Shown: positions 48,347 to 58,772 of the stretch, in pieces | How positions within the stretch are numbered: the stretch's first letter is position 1 | Layout: the number at the start of each line of letters is the position of its first letter | Source: Calditrichia bacterium | GTDB taxonomy: Bacteria > Calditrichota > Calditrichia > JAJRVZ01 | Direction: 5' to 3' | Length of the DNA stretch: 64,000 nt | Assembly (NCBI GenBank): GCA_963796965.1 | Contig: CAWCNS010000005.1 | Span: 1-64,000, forward strand | The notes under the pieces: model-generated | The model's input: only the letters and a program-made list of their open reading frames with translations | What the model was told of the DNA's origin: nothing | The model's database searches: none | Program-made: the position numbers and the translations under genes

Positions 48347-50413
48347 ATGAGGATTTTTAAACTGAGTATCACAAAACTAATTTTTGTATTCGGCATAATG
48401 ATATGGCTTGTCTGGGACTTTTCTCAAGCTTCTAATTATTTTATTTCCCTGTACAAATCGTTCAGACCTGTATCTCATTATGACAGCATCACCTCAGCAA
48501 CGACGAAAGTATCCATTGTCCGGTCTGATGATGCCCAACTAGCGAATCCTACACCTATAACAAATGCTGAAATTGGTTATCCAACTATTGAAAACATGGT
48601 CCGCAAGGCCATTCAACTTTCAGGGGGATTTGAATGGGTAATTGAGGACGGGGACATGGTTTTACTAAAACCAAATATCGTAGATCCTGAACCCCCGGGG
48701 AGCGGGGAAGTTACAGATGTACGGGTGATAAAAGCGCTCATTAAAATTATTGATGAAATTAGCCCCGGTAATATCGAGATTGTGGTTGGTGAAGGTTCTC
48801 CAAGGGAGATGGACTATGAATTAGCCTATTCCAGCAGAACATCACCCCGCTGGGAGAAGTTGTGGGATGTCGCGGGTTATCAGGATTTACTGACAGATCC
48901 ATATCTGGAAAATATTAATTTCAGATTGTCCAATTTGAACGGATCACCACCGGAAAGTCCCTGGGATGACCTTATACTTGTAGATATACCGGGCGGCGGG
49001 GAGGCCTTACCTCAGAAAAGTCAATATTATATCCACAAAGATGTATTAAATGCGGATGTTTTTATAACGGTCCCGGTTATGAAAATTCACGACCCCGGAA
49101 TAACTGTTTCGTTGAAAAATCAAGTTGGAATTGCTCCCAGCACAAGATATGGATTTTCAAAAAACTCCGGTGTACCGCAGGATAATTATCAGACAAAGTT
49201 AACCCACACTGCTGAAGTACCCAAATACTGGACTCAAAAGGAAATTGTTGATTTATGTAATCTGGCCCAAATAAAATATACTGTGGTGGATGCAATCGCC
49301 TGTCTCGAAACAAAAAAGAGCGCCATACGGGATGGTGATATTATTACCAATCTGGTCAGAATGAATATGATAGTCGCCGGAGCGGATCCGGTTGCTGTTG
49401 ATCATGTATGTACACGTCTGATGGGCATGAATCCCGACGATATTGAACATATTACATTAGCAGAAATGGTAGGGCTTGGAACAAATAATCCGGATAATAT
49501 AGAGATTGTCGGTGCTGATTTTGAAGCAACAAAACGCCGTTTTAAAAAATCTAAGTCAACTCAGGGTGATTTTGGACAGGGAATCCGCAGATGGCTTTTA
49601 AAAGGTCCTTATTCAATAGATGGTATATCAGATCCGATTGATTATGAGTTTGTGGGTAATGAAGCGGGCATTGTTGCCAAGGCTGGTGAAAATCAATGGA
49701 GTGAAGCAATTTACTTTACCGATGACCGGCTTGACCTTATGAACTATTATAATATTCAATCAGGTGACCAGGTTGTGAGTTATAACTTCTGCTATTTTGA
49801 TGCCCCTCAAGATCAACCGACAGAATTCTGGATTGGATCAGATGAAGCATTAAAAATATACCTGAATGGTGAGGAAATATACAGGTATGCAGGCACACGG
49901 TCTTTGCCTGATAAAGAATTCGTGAGTACAAAAGTTACAGTTAATATTAATAAGGGTGAAAATAGGTTATTGGTTAAATCACTGCAAAAGTTTGGCAGAT
50001 ACGACTTTTGTCTGAATATTTGTGAACCGGAATCCAATCCGGATTTTGATGGAAACCGTGTTTTTGGACTAAAATTTAAAACAGCATCCAACTTAACAAG
50101 CCTGGACAGGAAAAAATTTCAACCCGTACTCACTTATAAAATCAATAAAGCCTATCCCAATCCCTTTAATAACAGTGTTCAGATTTCCTATCAGGTTCCG
50201 GAACGGGGTTATCTTAATATCGAGATTTTCAATATAAACGGGCAAAAAGTAAAAACGTTGTTTGAGGGTGAAATCATTACAACTGGGGATAATCTTATTT
50301 CCTGGGACGGGACCAATGATCAGGGAAGTGTATTGGCTTCAGGAACATATTTTGTAACAATTAAACGAAGTGGATCATGGATTGCAAATAAAAAGATCTT
50401 AATGATAAAGTAA
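48347..50413 (+). CDS. DUF362-domain protein with C-terminal FlgD-Ig/sorting tail
   Basis: VLLKPN, VGEGS, VPVMKIH...TVSLKN, DPVAVD; YPNPFN...WDGTND. Confidence 0.8.
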   Translation: MRIFKLSITKLIFVFGIMIWLVWDFSQASNYFISLYKSFRPVSHYDSITSATTKVSIVRSDDAQLANPTPITNAEIGYPTIENMVRKAIQLSGGFEWVIEDGDMVLLKPNIVDPEPPGSGEVTDVRVIKALIKIIDEISPGNIEIVVGEGSPREMDYELAYSSRTSPRWEKLWDVAGYQDLLTDPYLENINFRLSNLNGSPPESPWDDLILVDIPGGGEALPQKSQYYIHKDVLNADVFITVPVMKIHDPGITVSLKNQVGIAPSTRYGFSKNSGVPQDNYQTKLTHTAEVPKYWTQKEIVDLCNLAQIKYTVVDAIACLETKKSAIRDGDIITNLVRMNMIVAGADPVAVDHVCTRLMGMNPDDIEHITLAEMVGLGTNNPDNIEIVGADFEATKRRFKKSKSTQGDFGQGIRRWLLKGPYSIDGISDPIDYEFVGNEAGIVAKAGENQWSEAIYFTDDRLDLMNYYNIQSGDQVVSYNFCYFDAPQDQPTEFWIGSDEALKIYLNGEEIYRYAGTRSLPDKEFVSTKVTVNINKGENRLLVKSLQKFGRYDFCLNICEPESNPDFDGNRVFGLKFKTASNLTSLDRKKFQPVLTYKINKAYPNPFNNSVQISYQVPERGYLNIEIFNINGQKVKTLFEGEIITTGDNLISWDGTNDQGSVLASGTYFVTIKRSGSWIANKKILMIK

Positions 50414-50435
50414 ATAAATGAGGAGATAAGTTATA

Positions 50436-51401
50436 ATGAAATTGTCGCTGTTTATATGGCTCTTGTTAAATTCAATGTTGAATGGACAAAATCCTCCTAA
50501 TATATTTTCTACGACGTGGAATCTTAGCAACGTGGATAGCATTGCCGGATTTACAGTTATTAAGTCCGACTCACCACAGGTAATTGATTCTGATGAATAT
50601 GGCAAGGTAGTCTGGTTCGATGGGATTGATGATGGACTTCTTGTTGAATCAAACCCACTTGAAGGGGCAACAAACTTTACGGTTGAAGTAATTTTCAAAC
50701 CGGATTCATCCTGGCCGGCAAATGAAGAACAGCGTTTTATCCATATCCAGGATCCGGCCAATAATGACCGGCGAATCCTTGTTGAATTACGACTGACCGA
50801 TGATCATCAATGGTATCTGGACACTTATATTAAATCCGAAGTATCATCACGGGCGCTGAAATTAGAATCGGCACGTCACCCGGTTGGGCAATGGTATCAT
50901 GCGGCATTGGTTTATGATAACCGCTCCATGAAACATTTTGTTAATGGAATAGAAGAAATTTCAGGTGAAGTAGATTATCTTCCGATTACCAATGCTTCTA
51001 CATCCATTGGTACACGAATGGATCAAAGAAGCTGGTTTAAAGGCTCTATTGCTGTTTTAAAAGTAACACATGGTGCGTTACAACCGGAAAATTTTATCAA
51101 AAATTTAACATCGGTTAAGGAAAATTCCTTTTTAAAAAAAAACTATAAATTAAAACAGAATTATCCGAATCCATTTAATCCAACTACAAGGATTGAATAC
51201 ACAATTCCGATAGGAAGTCTTGTTTCTTTGAAAGTCTATGATTTGTTGGGTAGAGAGGTTACTACATTAGTTAATGAAAAAAAGCAGGCAGGCCATTATA
51301 ACATTGTATTTAATGGGAGAAACCTATCCAACGGAACTTATTATTATAGAATAAATGCCGGAGATTTTACAGAGACTAAAAAATTTGTTCTTATGAAATA
51401 A
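50436..51401 (+). CDS. LamG/concanavalin-like domain protein with sorting tail
   Basis: FDGIDD, WYHAALVYD...[13 protein letters not shown]. Confidence 0.8.
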   Translation: MKLSLFIWLLLNSMLNGQNPPNIFSTTWNLSNVDSIAGFTVIKSDSPQVIDSDEYGKVVWFDGIDDGLLVESNPLEGATNFTVEVIFKPDSSWPANEEQRFIHIQDPANNDRRILVELRLTDDHQWYLDTYIKSEVSSRALKLESARHPVGQWYHAALVYDNRSMKHFVNGIEEISGEVDYLPITNASTSIGTRMDQRSWFKGSIAVLKVTHGALQPENFIKNLTSVKENSFLKKNYKLKQNYPNPFNPTTRIEYTIPIGSLVSLKVYDLLGREVTTLVNEKKQAGHYNIVFNGRNLSNGTYYYRINAGDFTETKKFVLMK

Positions 51402-51453
51402 TCTCAAATGACCATAGGAGCAATAGGCCATAATTAAAAGTAAATGGCATATT

Positions 51454-51867
51454 ATGAAAACGTTTTTTTTATCTTTTGTACTGGTGAGTCTCGTATCTTG
51501 TTCTACAAAAAAAACTAATTCCCCAAACATTATTATCGTTCTTGCTGATGATATGGGTTATGGTGATGTCCAATCATTCAATCCGGATTCAGAAATTCCA
51601 ACGCCAAATTTGAACAGGTTGTCTGAACAAGGAATAATGTTTACGGATGCGCATACACCGTCATCTATTTGCACACCAACAAGAGATGGATTGTTGACGG
51701 GGAGGTATTGTTGGCGGACTTTCTTAAAAAGAGGCGTATTAAAAGGCTATGATTCACCCTTGATTGAGGAAGACAGAATTACTATTGCAGCTTATCTGAA
51801 AGAGAAAGGTTATAGAACAGGGATAATAGGCAAGTGGCATCTGGGTCTTGGTTTTCAAAGGGATTAA
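51454..51867 (+). pseudogene. Arylsulfatase N-terminal fragment truncated at the duplicated element
   Basis: ADDMGYGD, CTPTR, GKWHLG then stop; remainder absent. Confidence 0.85.
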
Positions 51868-51870
51868 GCG

Positions 51871-52446
51871 GGACGATTTTTTATATACGTTTCAGCACCC
51901 TCACTGAATTTTTGTGGTACTTTATTTAATCAGAGTGCGTTGTTAAGGGAATGTATGAGAGGGCGTTATGGAAAAAGTTGTGAGATCCTTTAGTTCCTAT
52001 GGACGCCCTCATTATCTACGTAGGGCGGCGATCACTTAGAGCGTAATACAGGGATCGTTACCTTCGTAAGGATCGAACCCTTACGCTAATAGTAAGCGAT
52101 GCGTAACCTGGGTAAGGGGTAAGGCGTTACGAGAATAACAGCAGCAGCGTTACGGGAATAACGAACACCTACAGTAGTTGGTAAGGATTGCTCGGTCATT
52201 CTCGTAAGGAACACGGACACATTCAGATAAGAACCTCATAGTTTACGGTGGTAATGAAAATATTATTATCATTCATCCCCGATTAAAAGACAACTCAGTA
52301 ATCCCCTGCCATACAGTTTTATGAATTTCTAATGCTTTCTTCAATGCCTCAATTCCGCGTGGGGTTATTCTATAGTAGATTTTACTTCTACCGTTTGAAA
52401 CTTACTGTCTGGAGCGAGGTGGGCATAGAACCGGTGAGAATGTCTC
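51871..52446. repeat. Duplicated element, copy C, with one extra 23-bp unit (52131-52153)
   Basis: Offset to copy B is 27206 before and 27229 after the insertion GAGAATAACAGCAGCAGCGTTAC. Confidence 0.9.
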
Positions 52447-52650
52447 TTAACTTAAACCGAATTTAGTCTGAGAGTTTTAGAGGATTTACAGGTGCAGGTC
52501 GTCAAAACCTTTGGGAGAGATTTTAAATTTTGTTTAGAGACACTTTCCATTAAATTAAAGTTGTGGAAAGGAGTTAAAATGAGTTCCAATAAGGTTGTAA
52601 AAAACATCAAAGTTCCGATTCCGGCAAAACCAACTAAGAATAAGCCGAAT

Positions 52651-54118
52651 ATGAGAAAAATAATAAACTTAGACATTAAATTATTTTTTATTTTTGTCTT
52701 AATTTTTGTTGTCTTTGGATGCAATAAAAATGTTAACAAGTCCCCCTTAAATATCGTTATTCTGACGTTAGATGACATGGGATACGGTACTACGGGGGTT
52801 GAGGGTTGTAAAGTTCCCGCTATCACTCCCAATATTGACAAGTTGGCTTCTGAAGGCCTTATGTTCAGTCATGGATATGTAATGACCCCGATTTGCGGGC
52901 CGTCCAGAGCCGCCATCCTATCGGGTAGGTATCCTCACTGTAGTGGTATGATGGGGCATGGAGAGCAACCTCCTGAATTATGGGAAGAACCGGATGTAAA
53001 GACCCCCTCCATATCAACCTATTTGCATGATAATGGCTATACAACAGGCGCCATATTGAAATTGAGGCGATCAAAATATTTGAATACCTGGGATATAGAA
53101 TATAATGAATTGCCTTTTGGCGTTGGTTTTCACGATAGAAATCCTGATTCTTTTTACAAAAGGACAAAGGCCTTTATTGAAAGCGCCAAGAGGAATAATA
53201 AACCCTTTTTCCTGTATGCCAATCCCATAGATCCGCACAGGCCCTGGGACGATACAAAGAAAGAGCATCAGAAATTGGCTAAATGGAATCCGGAGAACAA
53301 ATATCCCGAACCATCAAGAAAATATTCTGCGGATGAAGCAGAAATTCCGGCGTTTTTAATCGACCTTCCTGAAATACGCAAGGCTTTGGTTCCCTATTAT
53401 AATGCCTTGCACAGAGGTGATGAATGTATTGGCGCCATATTAAAAGCAATTGACGAGAGTGATGTAGCAGATAATACCCTGGTAATATTCCTTTCTGATA
53501 ATGGAATGGGTGCACCCGGGGCCAAAAGCACTCTTTATCATGACGGTATACGTACACCTATTATTATGAGATGGCCGGATAAGATAAAAAAGGGAATTGT
53601 TGATAAAAAATCTATTGTCTCTTCTATCGATATTGTTCCAACAATTATTGAGGCTGTGGGATTGCCTCCCTTATCAGCCATTGAAGGTAAATCTGTATAT
53701 GATGTGATTACTGGCAAGACAGAAAAAACAGACAGGGATTATGCTTATGCTGCGTTTAACTATCAACATGAATCAAGTGAAAAAGAGTTTTTTCCTCATA
53801 GGGCGATTATTAATGAAACTTATTGTTATATCTGGAATTCTTTTGTAGTACGCTCAGGCGGTAACAAAACAGAAGGGCAACGGATGGATGGATGTGGTTA
53901 ATTCAAGTCTGGGTAAGAATGAGAAATTAAAAAGAAAAATGGTTTTTATGAAGGAAAGGCCGCCGGAAGAATTTTATGACCTGACTAAAGATCCGGGATG
54001 TTGGGATAATTTAATTAATAACATGGACTACCAAGAACAAATAACCAAGTTTAGGCATTACCTGAAAAAGGAAATGTTGAATACCAATGATCCGGAAAGA
54101 TTCTACTACAAATATTAG
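52651..54118 (+). CDS. S1 sulfatase (N-sulfoglucosamine sulfohydrolase-like); frameshift near 3' end
   Basis: DDMG, CGPSR, DPHRP, SDNG, EEFYDL..DP. Confidence 0.88.
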
Positions 54119-54189
54119 CAGCTATCTGTTGTTATTCACTCAATACTTAGTTTAAATTCGCTTGTATTATAAAGAAAAGGAAAGCATAT

Positions 54190-55110
54190 ATGAGTTATGA
54201 TGAAATAGTTAGCATAATTTCAAAAATATTTAACTATACTTTATTTGAATTAAACCTGACACCTGTATCAATTTCTTCCATTATTATGTTTATTCTGGTA
54301 ATGCTGATATTTTATTTGTCCTCACGCTTTACTACGAAAATATTATTTAATAAAATGTTTTCACGATTGAAAATTGAAGAAAGTACAAGTTACAACTTGC
54401 GACGCGTCAGTCATTATGTTATAATGGTCATTGGAGCAATTGTCGCTTTTCAGTTTATCGGAATAGATTTAAGTGGATTAGCTGTTATATTGGGTTTGCT
54501 TTCTGTTGGTATCGGGTTTGGTTTGCAAAATGTTACTTCAAATTTTATTGCAGGTTTAATTTTGCTCTTCGAGCGACCTATTAAAATGGGTGATCGTATT
54601 ACAGTTGGTGATACTGAGGGAGATGTTCTTGAAATCAACATTCGCTCAACTACAATTCGTACACTTAATAACATCACAATCATTGTTCCTAATTCTGAAT
54701 TTATTTCAAGCAATGTTATAAATTGGTCACATGGCGATCCTAAAATACGTATTAATGTTTTGGTTGGTGTTTCATATGGATCAAATATTGATACTGTTTT
54801 AAAAGCACTGGGAGAGGTCGCTGAAGAACATCCAGAAGTTTTGAAAAATCCTGAGATAGATGTATTGTTTCGTGATTTTGGTGATTCATCTTGGAATATG
54901 GATTTACGAGTATGGATTAGTCATCCCAAAAAACATCATATTATTAAATCAGAATTAAATATTGCTATAGTTAAAAAATTCAAAGAATATGATGTAGAAA
55001 TCCCTTTTCCACAGCGAGATTTGCATATGCGATCACCCCTACCTGTACCAATGAATATAAATAACAATTATAAAAATAGTGATAGTGATAATTTAATTGA
55101 TACTGTTTGA
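54190..55110 (+). CDS. mscS: Small-conductance mechanosensitive channel
   Basis: GIGFGLQNVTSNFIAGLILLFERP, IVPNS, IPFPQRD. Confidence 0.9.
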   Translation: MSYDEIVSIISKIFNYTLFELNLTPVSISSIIMFILVMLIFYLSSRFTTKILFNKMFSRLKIEESTSYNLRRVSHYVIMVIGAIVAFQFIGIDLSGLAVILGLLSVGIGFGLQNVTSNFIAGLILLFERPIKMGDRITVGDTEGDVLEINIRSTTIRTLNNITIIVPNSEFISSNVINWSHGDPKIRINVLVGVSYGSNIDTVLKALGEVAEEHPEVLKNPEIDVLFRDFGDSSWNMDLRVWISHPKKHHIIKSELNIAIVKKFKEYDVEIPFPQRDLHMRSPLPVPMNINNNYKNSDSDNLIDTV

Positions 55111-55191
55111 TATATTTACTTCAATATAAATACTAAATAGCATGAGATTTTTTTCCGTTTATACAAATAATCTTCACTAAAGGTTAAAAAT

Positions 55192-55275
55192 ATGAGGTTT
55201 ATTAAACGTCAATCAAAAAAAATTGGATTAGCTCCCGGTTCTGCAATTCATATTGGTGAACAGAAAGTCGAAAAC
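55192..55275 (+). pseudogene. corA: 5' stub of a CorA magnesium transporter gene
   Basis: MRFIKRQSKKIGLAPGSAIHIGEQKVEN. Confidence 0.6.
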
Positions 55276-55326
55276 TATTGTTGAACTTATTGATTTATTA
55301 AAAACCCTGCATATCCTTATATTGAT

Positions 55327-55811
55327 TTGCATGCGAATCGAAAGCATCTAACCATAATAGGGATAATTCTATGTTGTCTGAGCATTACCGGTTTAGTATC
55401 AACTCAATCAACGCCATCAAAGGTGATTTCTAATAAAGATGAATTAATTCTTATGACCTATAACCTGCAACATGGCGTTGATTGTTTTGGCGACAGAAGT
55501 TTTCAACAACAACTTGCTATAATAAAACAAATTAATCCTGATATTCTCTGTTTGCAGGAAAGTGATGTGGCCAAGGTCTCAGGAGGGAACAATGATATTG
55601 TTCGCTATTTTTCCGATAAATTAAACTATTATAGTTATTATGGACCCAAATCTGTAACCGGAACTTTTGGTGCGGCTATTCTGTCCCGTTTCCCTATATC
55701 GAACAGTAAAAGTATTTTTACTTATGGCGACAAAGATGAAATTGGAACAGCAGTATGTAATGTATTGATTAATGAGGATTCTGTGCTCGTGATAAACAAT
55801 CATCCGCCGGA
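55327..55811 (+). pseudogene. Endonuclease/exonuclease/phosphatase-family fragment truncated at the tRNA fragment
   Basis: MTYNL, PDILCLQE, GAAILSRFP, NNH; no C-terminal SDH motif. Confidence 0.75.
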
Positions 55812-55864
55812 CGTATCCCGTTTCACGGACGTCTGGCCCCGTCATACGGGTGGATCCCCGGTAC
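55812..55864 (+). pseudogene. Fourth tRNA-Leu 3' fragment with palindromes
   Basis: CGTATCCCGTTTCACGG...GCCCCGTCATACGGGTGGATCCCCGGTAC aligns with 1837-1889. Confidence 0.65.
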
Positions 55865-55867
55865 TAT

Positions 55868-55895
55868 AAAGATCCCGATTTTATCGGGATCTTTT
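55868..55895 (+). terminator. Intrinsic terminator
   Basis: AAAGATCCCGAT TTT ATCGGGATCTTTT. Confidence 0.75.
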
Positions 55896-56339
55896 AATTT
55901 CGAGGCACTAAATCCAAAATTCTAAATAAATTTCAAATAATAAATATCCAAATACTGTGTTATAAATTTTGAAAATTAGATAGTGTTTAGAGTTTAACCG
56001 CGTGGAGGGGAATTGCATCCATAATGCTGCACACTGCTGGTCATCTTTTGATCAAGCAATATTGCGATCTTTTGCCTCAGAACATTAAACACTTTAAAAG
56101 TCATGTATTCCGGTTGTGGTAGAATGAAGTCAATTATGGTTGATGTGTTGAATGAATCTGCTGGCTCACCTCATTCATATTCGTCTGCTACTTTGGAAGT
56201 GCAAAATTATCACACTCTCTCATTTATATTGCCCGTCCTACAAAGTACTTAAATTCAGCCGCATTCCTATCCACTTGTAATAAATTGCTTTCCTGATATT
56301 TGGATTTATATTCCAAATCTGTTTTGTCTCGTGGATAAA

Positions 56340-56359
56340 TTTCTTCATATTTTCTTCAT
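56340..56359 (+). promoter_or_regulatory. TTTCTTCAT tandem repeat (11-bp period), candidate OmpR-family binding site
   Basis: Upstream of degP; related TTCAT repeats at 60318-60343. Confidence 0.5.
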
Positions 56360-56413
56360 TTTTAACTTTTAGGTTTTAAACAAACGAAAAAGACAAGCTT
56401 AAGTATTTAAAAA

Positions 56414-57953
56414 ATGGAGGATTTAATCATGAGAGTATCTCGTTATTTTAATCGCACTTGGTTGTTAATTTCCGTCGGTATTTTAGTGGGAGTTGTATTG
56501 ACAGCAGGTTTTGGATTAACTCTAACTTCCCACGCCCAGGAAACTAATCTCACTGTAGAGTCTAATTCACCAATAGTTAGTCCGGTTAATCCTGGAGATT
56601 TCTCTACCGCAGAAAAACTGAGTAATGTATTTGCCGATGTGGCAGAAAAAGTAAATCCCTCGGTAGTAACCGTTTTTACTGAAACAAATGTTAAAATGGA
56701 GGGGATGCCTTTTTCGGGATCACCATTTGGCGAATTTTTTGGTGGGGATGATTTTTTCAAAAAGTTCTTTCAACAATCTACACCGGAACGAAATTATAAA
56801 CGCATGGGCTTAGGTTCGGGGGTGATTGTCGATTCAGATGGCATACTTTTAACCAATAATCATGTGGTAGATGAGGCCGATAATATTAAGGTCAGATTAA
56901 TGGATGGCAGGGAGTTTGAAGGTGCGGTAAAAGGTACAGATCCGCAGACAGATCTGGCTGTAGTTACCATCGATACAAAAAATTTGACTCCGATTCAACT
57001 GGGCAATTCAGACGAAATGCGTGTCGGTGAAATGGTCCTGGCTATCGGATCACCGCTCAATCCACAATTAGAGCATACTGTCACGTCTGGAATCGTTAGC
57101 GCCAAAGGAAGAAGTGGTGTTGGCTTAACCCAGTATGAAGATTATATCCAAACGGATGCGGCTATAAATCCGGGTAACTCGGGCGGGGCCTTAGTGGATC
57201 TGAGAGGCAACCTGATTGGTATTAATAGTGCAATTGTATCACAAAGCGGTGGATTTCAGGGTATTGGTTTTGCTATTCCGGTAAACCTGGCCCGAAAAGT
57301 AATGAACGATATTATCACAAACGGAAAAGTCATTCGCGGATGGCTGGGTGTGTATATCCAGGATATTACCCCTGATCTGGCCAAGGCCCTGGATTTAAAA
57401 TCAACCAAAGGCGTGTTGGTGAGTAAGGTTCAAAAGGACAGCCCGGCGAATGAGGCTGGCATTCAGGAGGAAGATGTGATCCTGGCCTTTAACGGTAAGG
57501 AGCTTGATAATGCAAGCGAGTTGAGCACCTGGGTAGCCAGTAGCTCGCCCGATGATCACATTAATCTGAAAATATTACGGGATGGAGATGAGAAGAATGT
57601 GGAAGTTGATCTGGGAGAATTAAAAGAGGAAAATCAAGTACTTGCTAAGGGTCAGAGTCAATTCTCCTCCCTAGGATTCCAGGTAGCCAATATCGTTCCT
57701 GAACTGGTAAGTCAATATCATCTTAACAAAGAGGTGAAGGGTGTCGTTGTTACAGGAGTGGATCCCAGAAGTGTTCACTAAGGTCGGCATTCAGGTCGGA
57801 GACGTTATAATGAAAGTTAATCGTCAGGAAACAAAATCGGTTGAAGATTTTGACAATCAAATTTCCAAAGTAAAAGCAGGTGAAAATTTGTTACTGTTTC
57901 TGAGACGTGGTGCAGCTAATCTTTTTGTCGCTGTTACTATGCCTGAAAAATAA
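56414..57953 (+). CDS. degP: DegP/DegQ (HtrA) serine protease with two PDZ domains; frameshift near 3' end
   Basis: TNNHV, DLAV, IQTDAAINPGNSGG. Confidence 0.92.
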
Positions 57954-57975
57954 AAATGATTTATGACTCTTATCA

Positions 57976-58006
57976 GGAAGGCATTTATATACTGTGAATG
58001 CCTTCC
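57976..58006 (+). terminator. Hairpin after degP
   Basis: GGAAGGCATTTA...TGAATGCCTTCC. Confidence 0.5.
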
Positions 58007-58093
58007 ATTAATTTTAAATTAATATTTTAAGTCAAAAATTTATGTATTTTGTTTTGAAAGTAATAACTTTATTTACTAAATCTTGGAGCATTA

Positions 58094-58772
58094 ATGAGAA
58101 TTCTTGTTGTTGAAGATGAAGAAGCTCTTGCCCTTCGCTTAAAAAATGTTCTGGAAAGTGATAAGTATTATGTAGAAGTTGCCTTTGACGGACAGATTGG
58201 TCTGGAAATGGCGTTGACAGAAGAGTATGACTTAATTATTTTAGATATTCTGTTACCGCACATAGATGGTATCCAAGTACTTATAGAAATACGTCGTAAA
58301 GAAATTATAATACCAGTTTTACTGCTAACGGTTAAGGATAGTACCCAGGATAAAGTAATAGGATTAGATGCTGGAGCATGATGATTATTTAACAAAGCCG
58401 TTTGCCATCCCGGAATTACTTGCCCGGGTACGTTCTCTTTTGCGACGCAAGAGTGAAGTGAAATCTGCTAATTTTCATCTCGCCAATCTTGAGATTAACA
58501 CGAACAGCCATGAAGTTTTTCTGGAACAAACACCAATATATCTGACTGCTAAGGAGTATTCAATATTAGAGTTTCTGATTTATAATAAAAACAGGGTATT
58601 GTCCCGCCTGTCAATTGCCGAACATGTCTGGGGAGATAATTTCGATTTATTTACCATGACGAATTTCGTCGATGTCCATGTTAAAAATCTACGCAAGAAA
58701 ATTGAGTCCGCGGACAAAAAAAATATAATTCAGACAGTCAGAGGTGTTGGTTATATGATAAAGGATGAGTAG
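58094..58772 (+). CDS. OmpR-family response regulator; one frameshift
   Basis: VVEDE, ILDILLP, DDYLTKPF, VDVHVKNLRKKI, TVRGVGY. Confidence 0.9.

Noticed and set aside
52492..52650. Long N-terminal extension of the sulfatase (including MSSNKVVKNIKVPIPAKPT after an SD)
   Set aside because: A normal signal peptide begins at 52651; the extension is probably a fused remnant and cannot be identified
55995..56150. Minus-strand decayed sorting-tail fragment (FNTSTIIDFILPQPEYMTFKVFNVL)
   Set aside because: No upstream gene body; only a weak remnant
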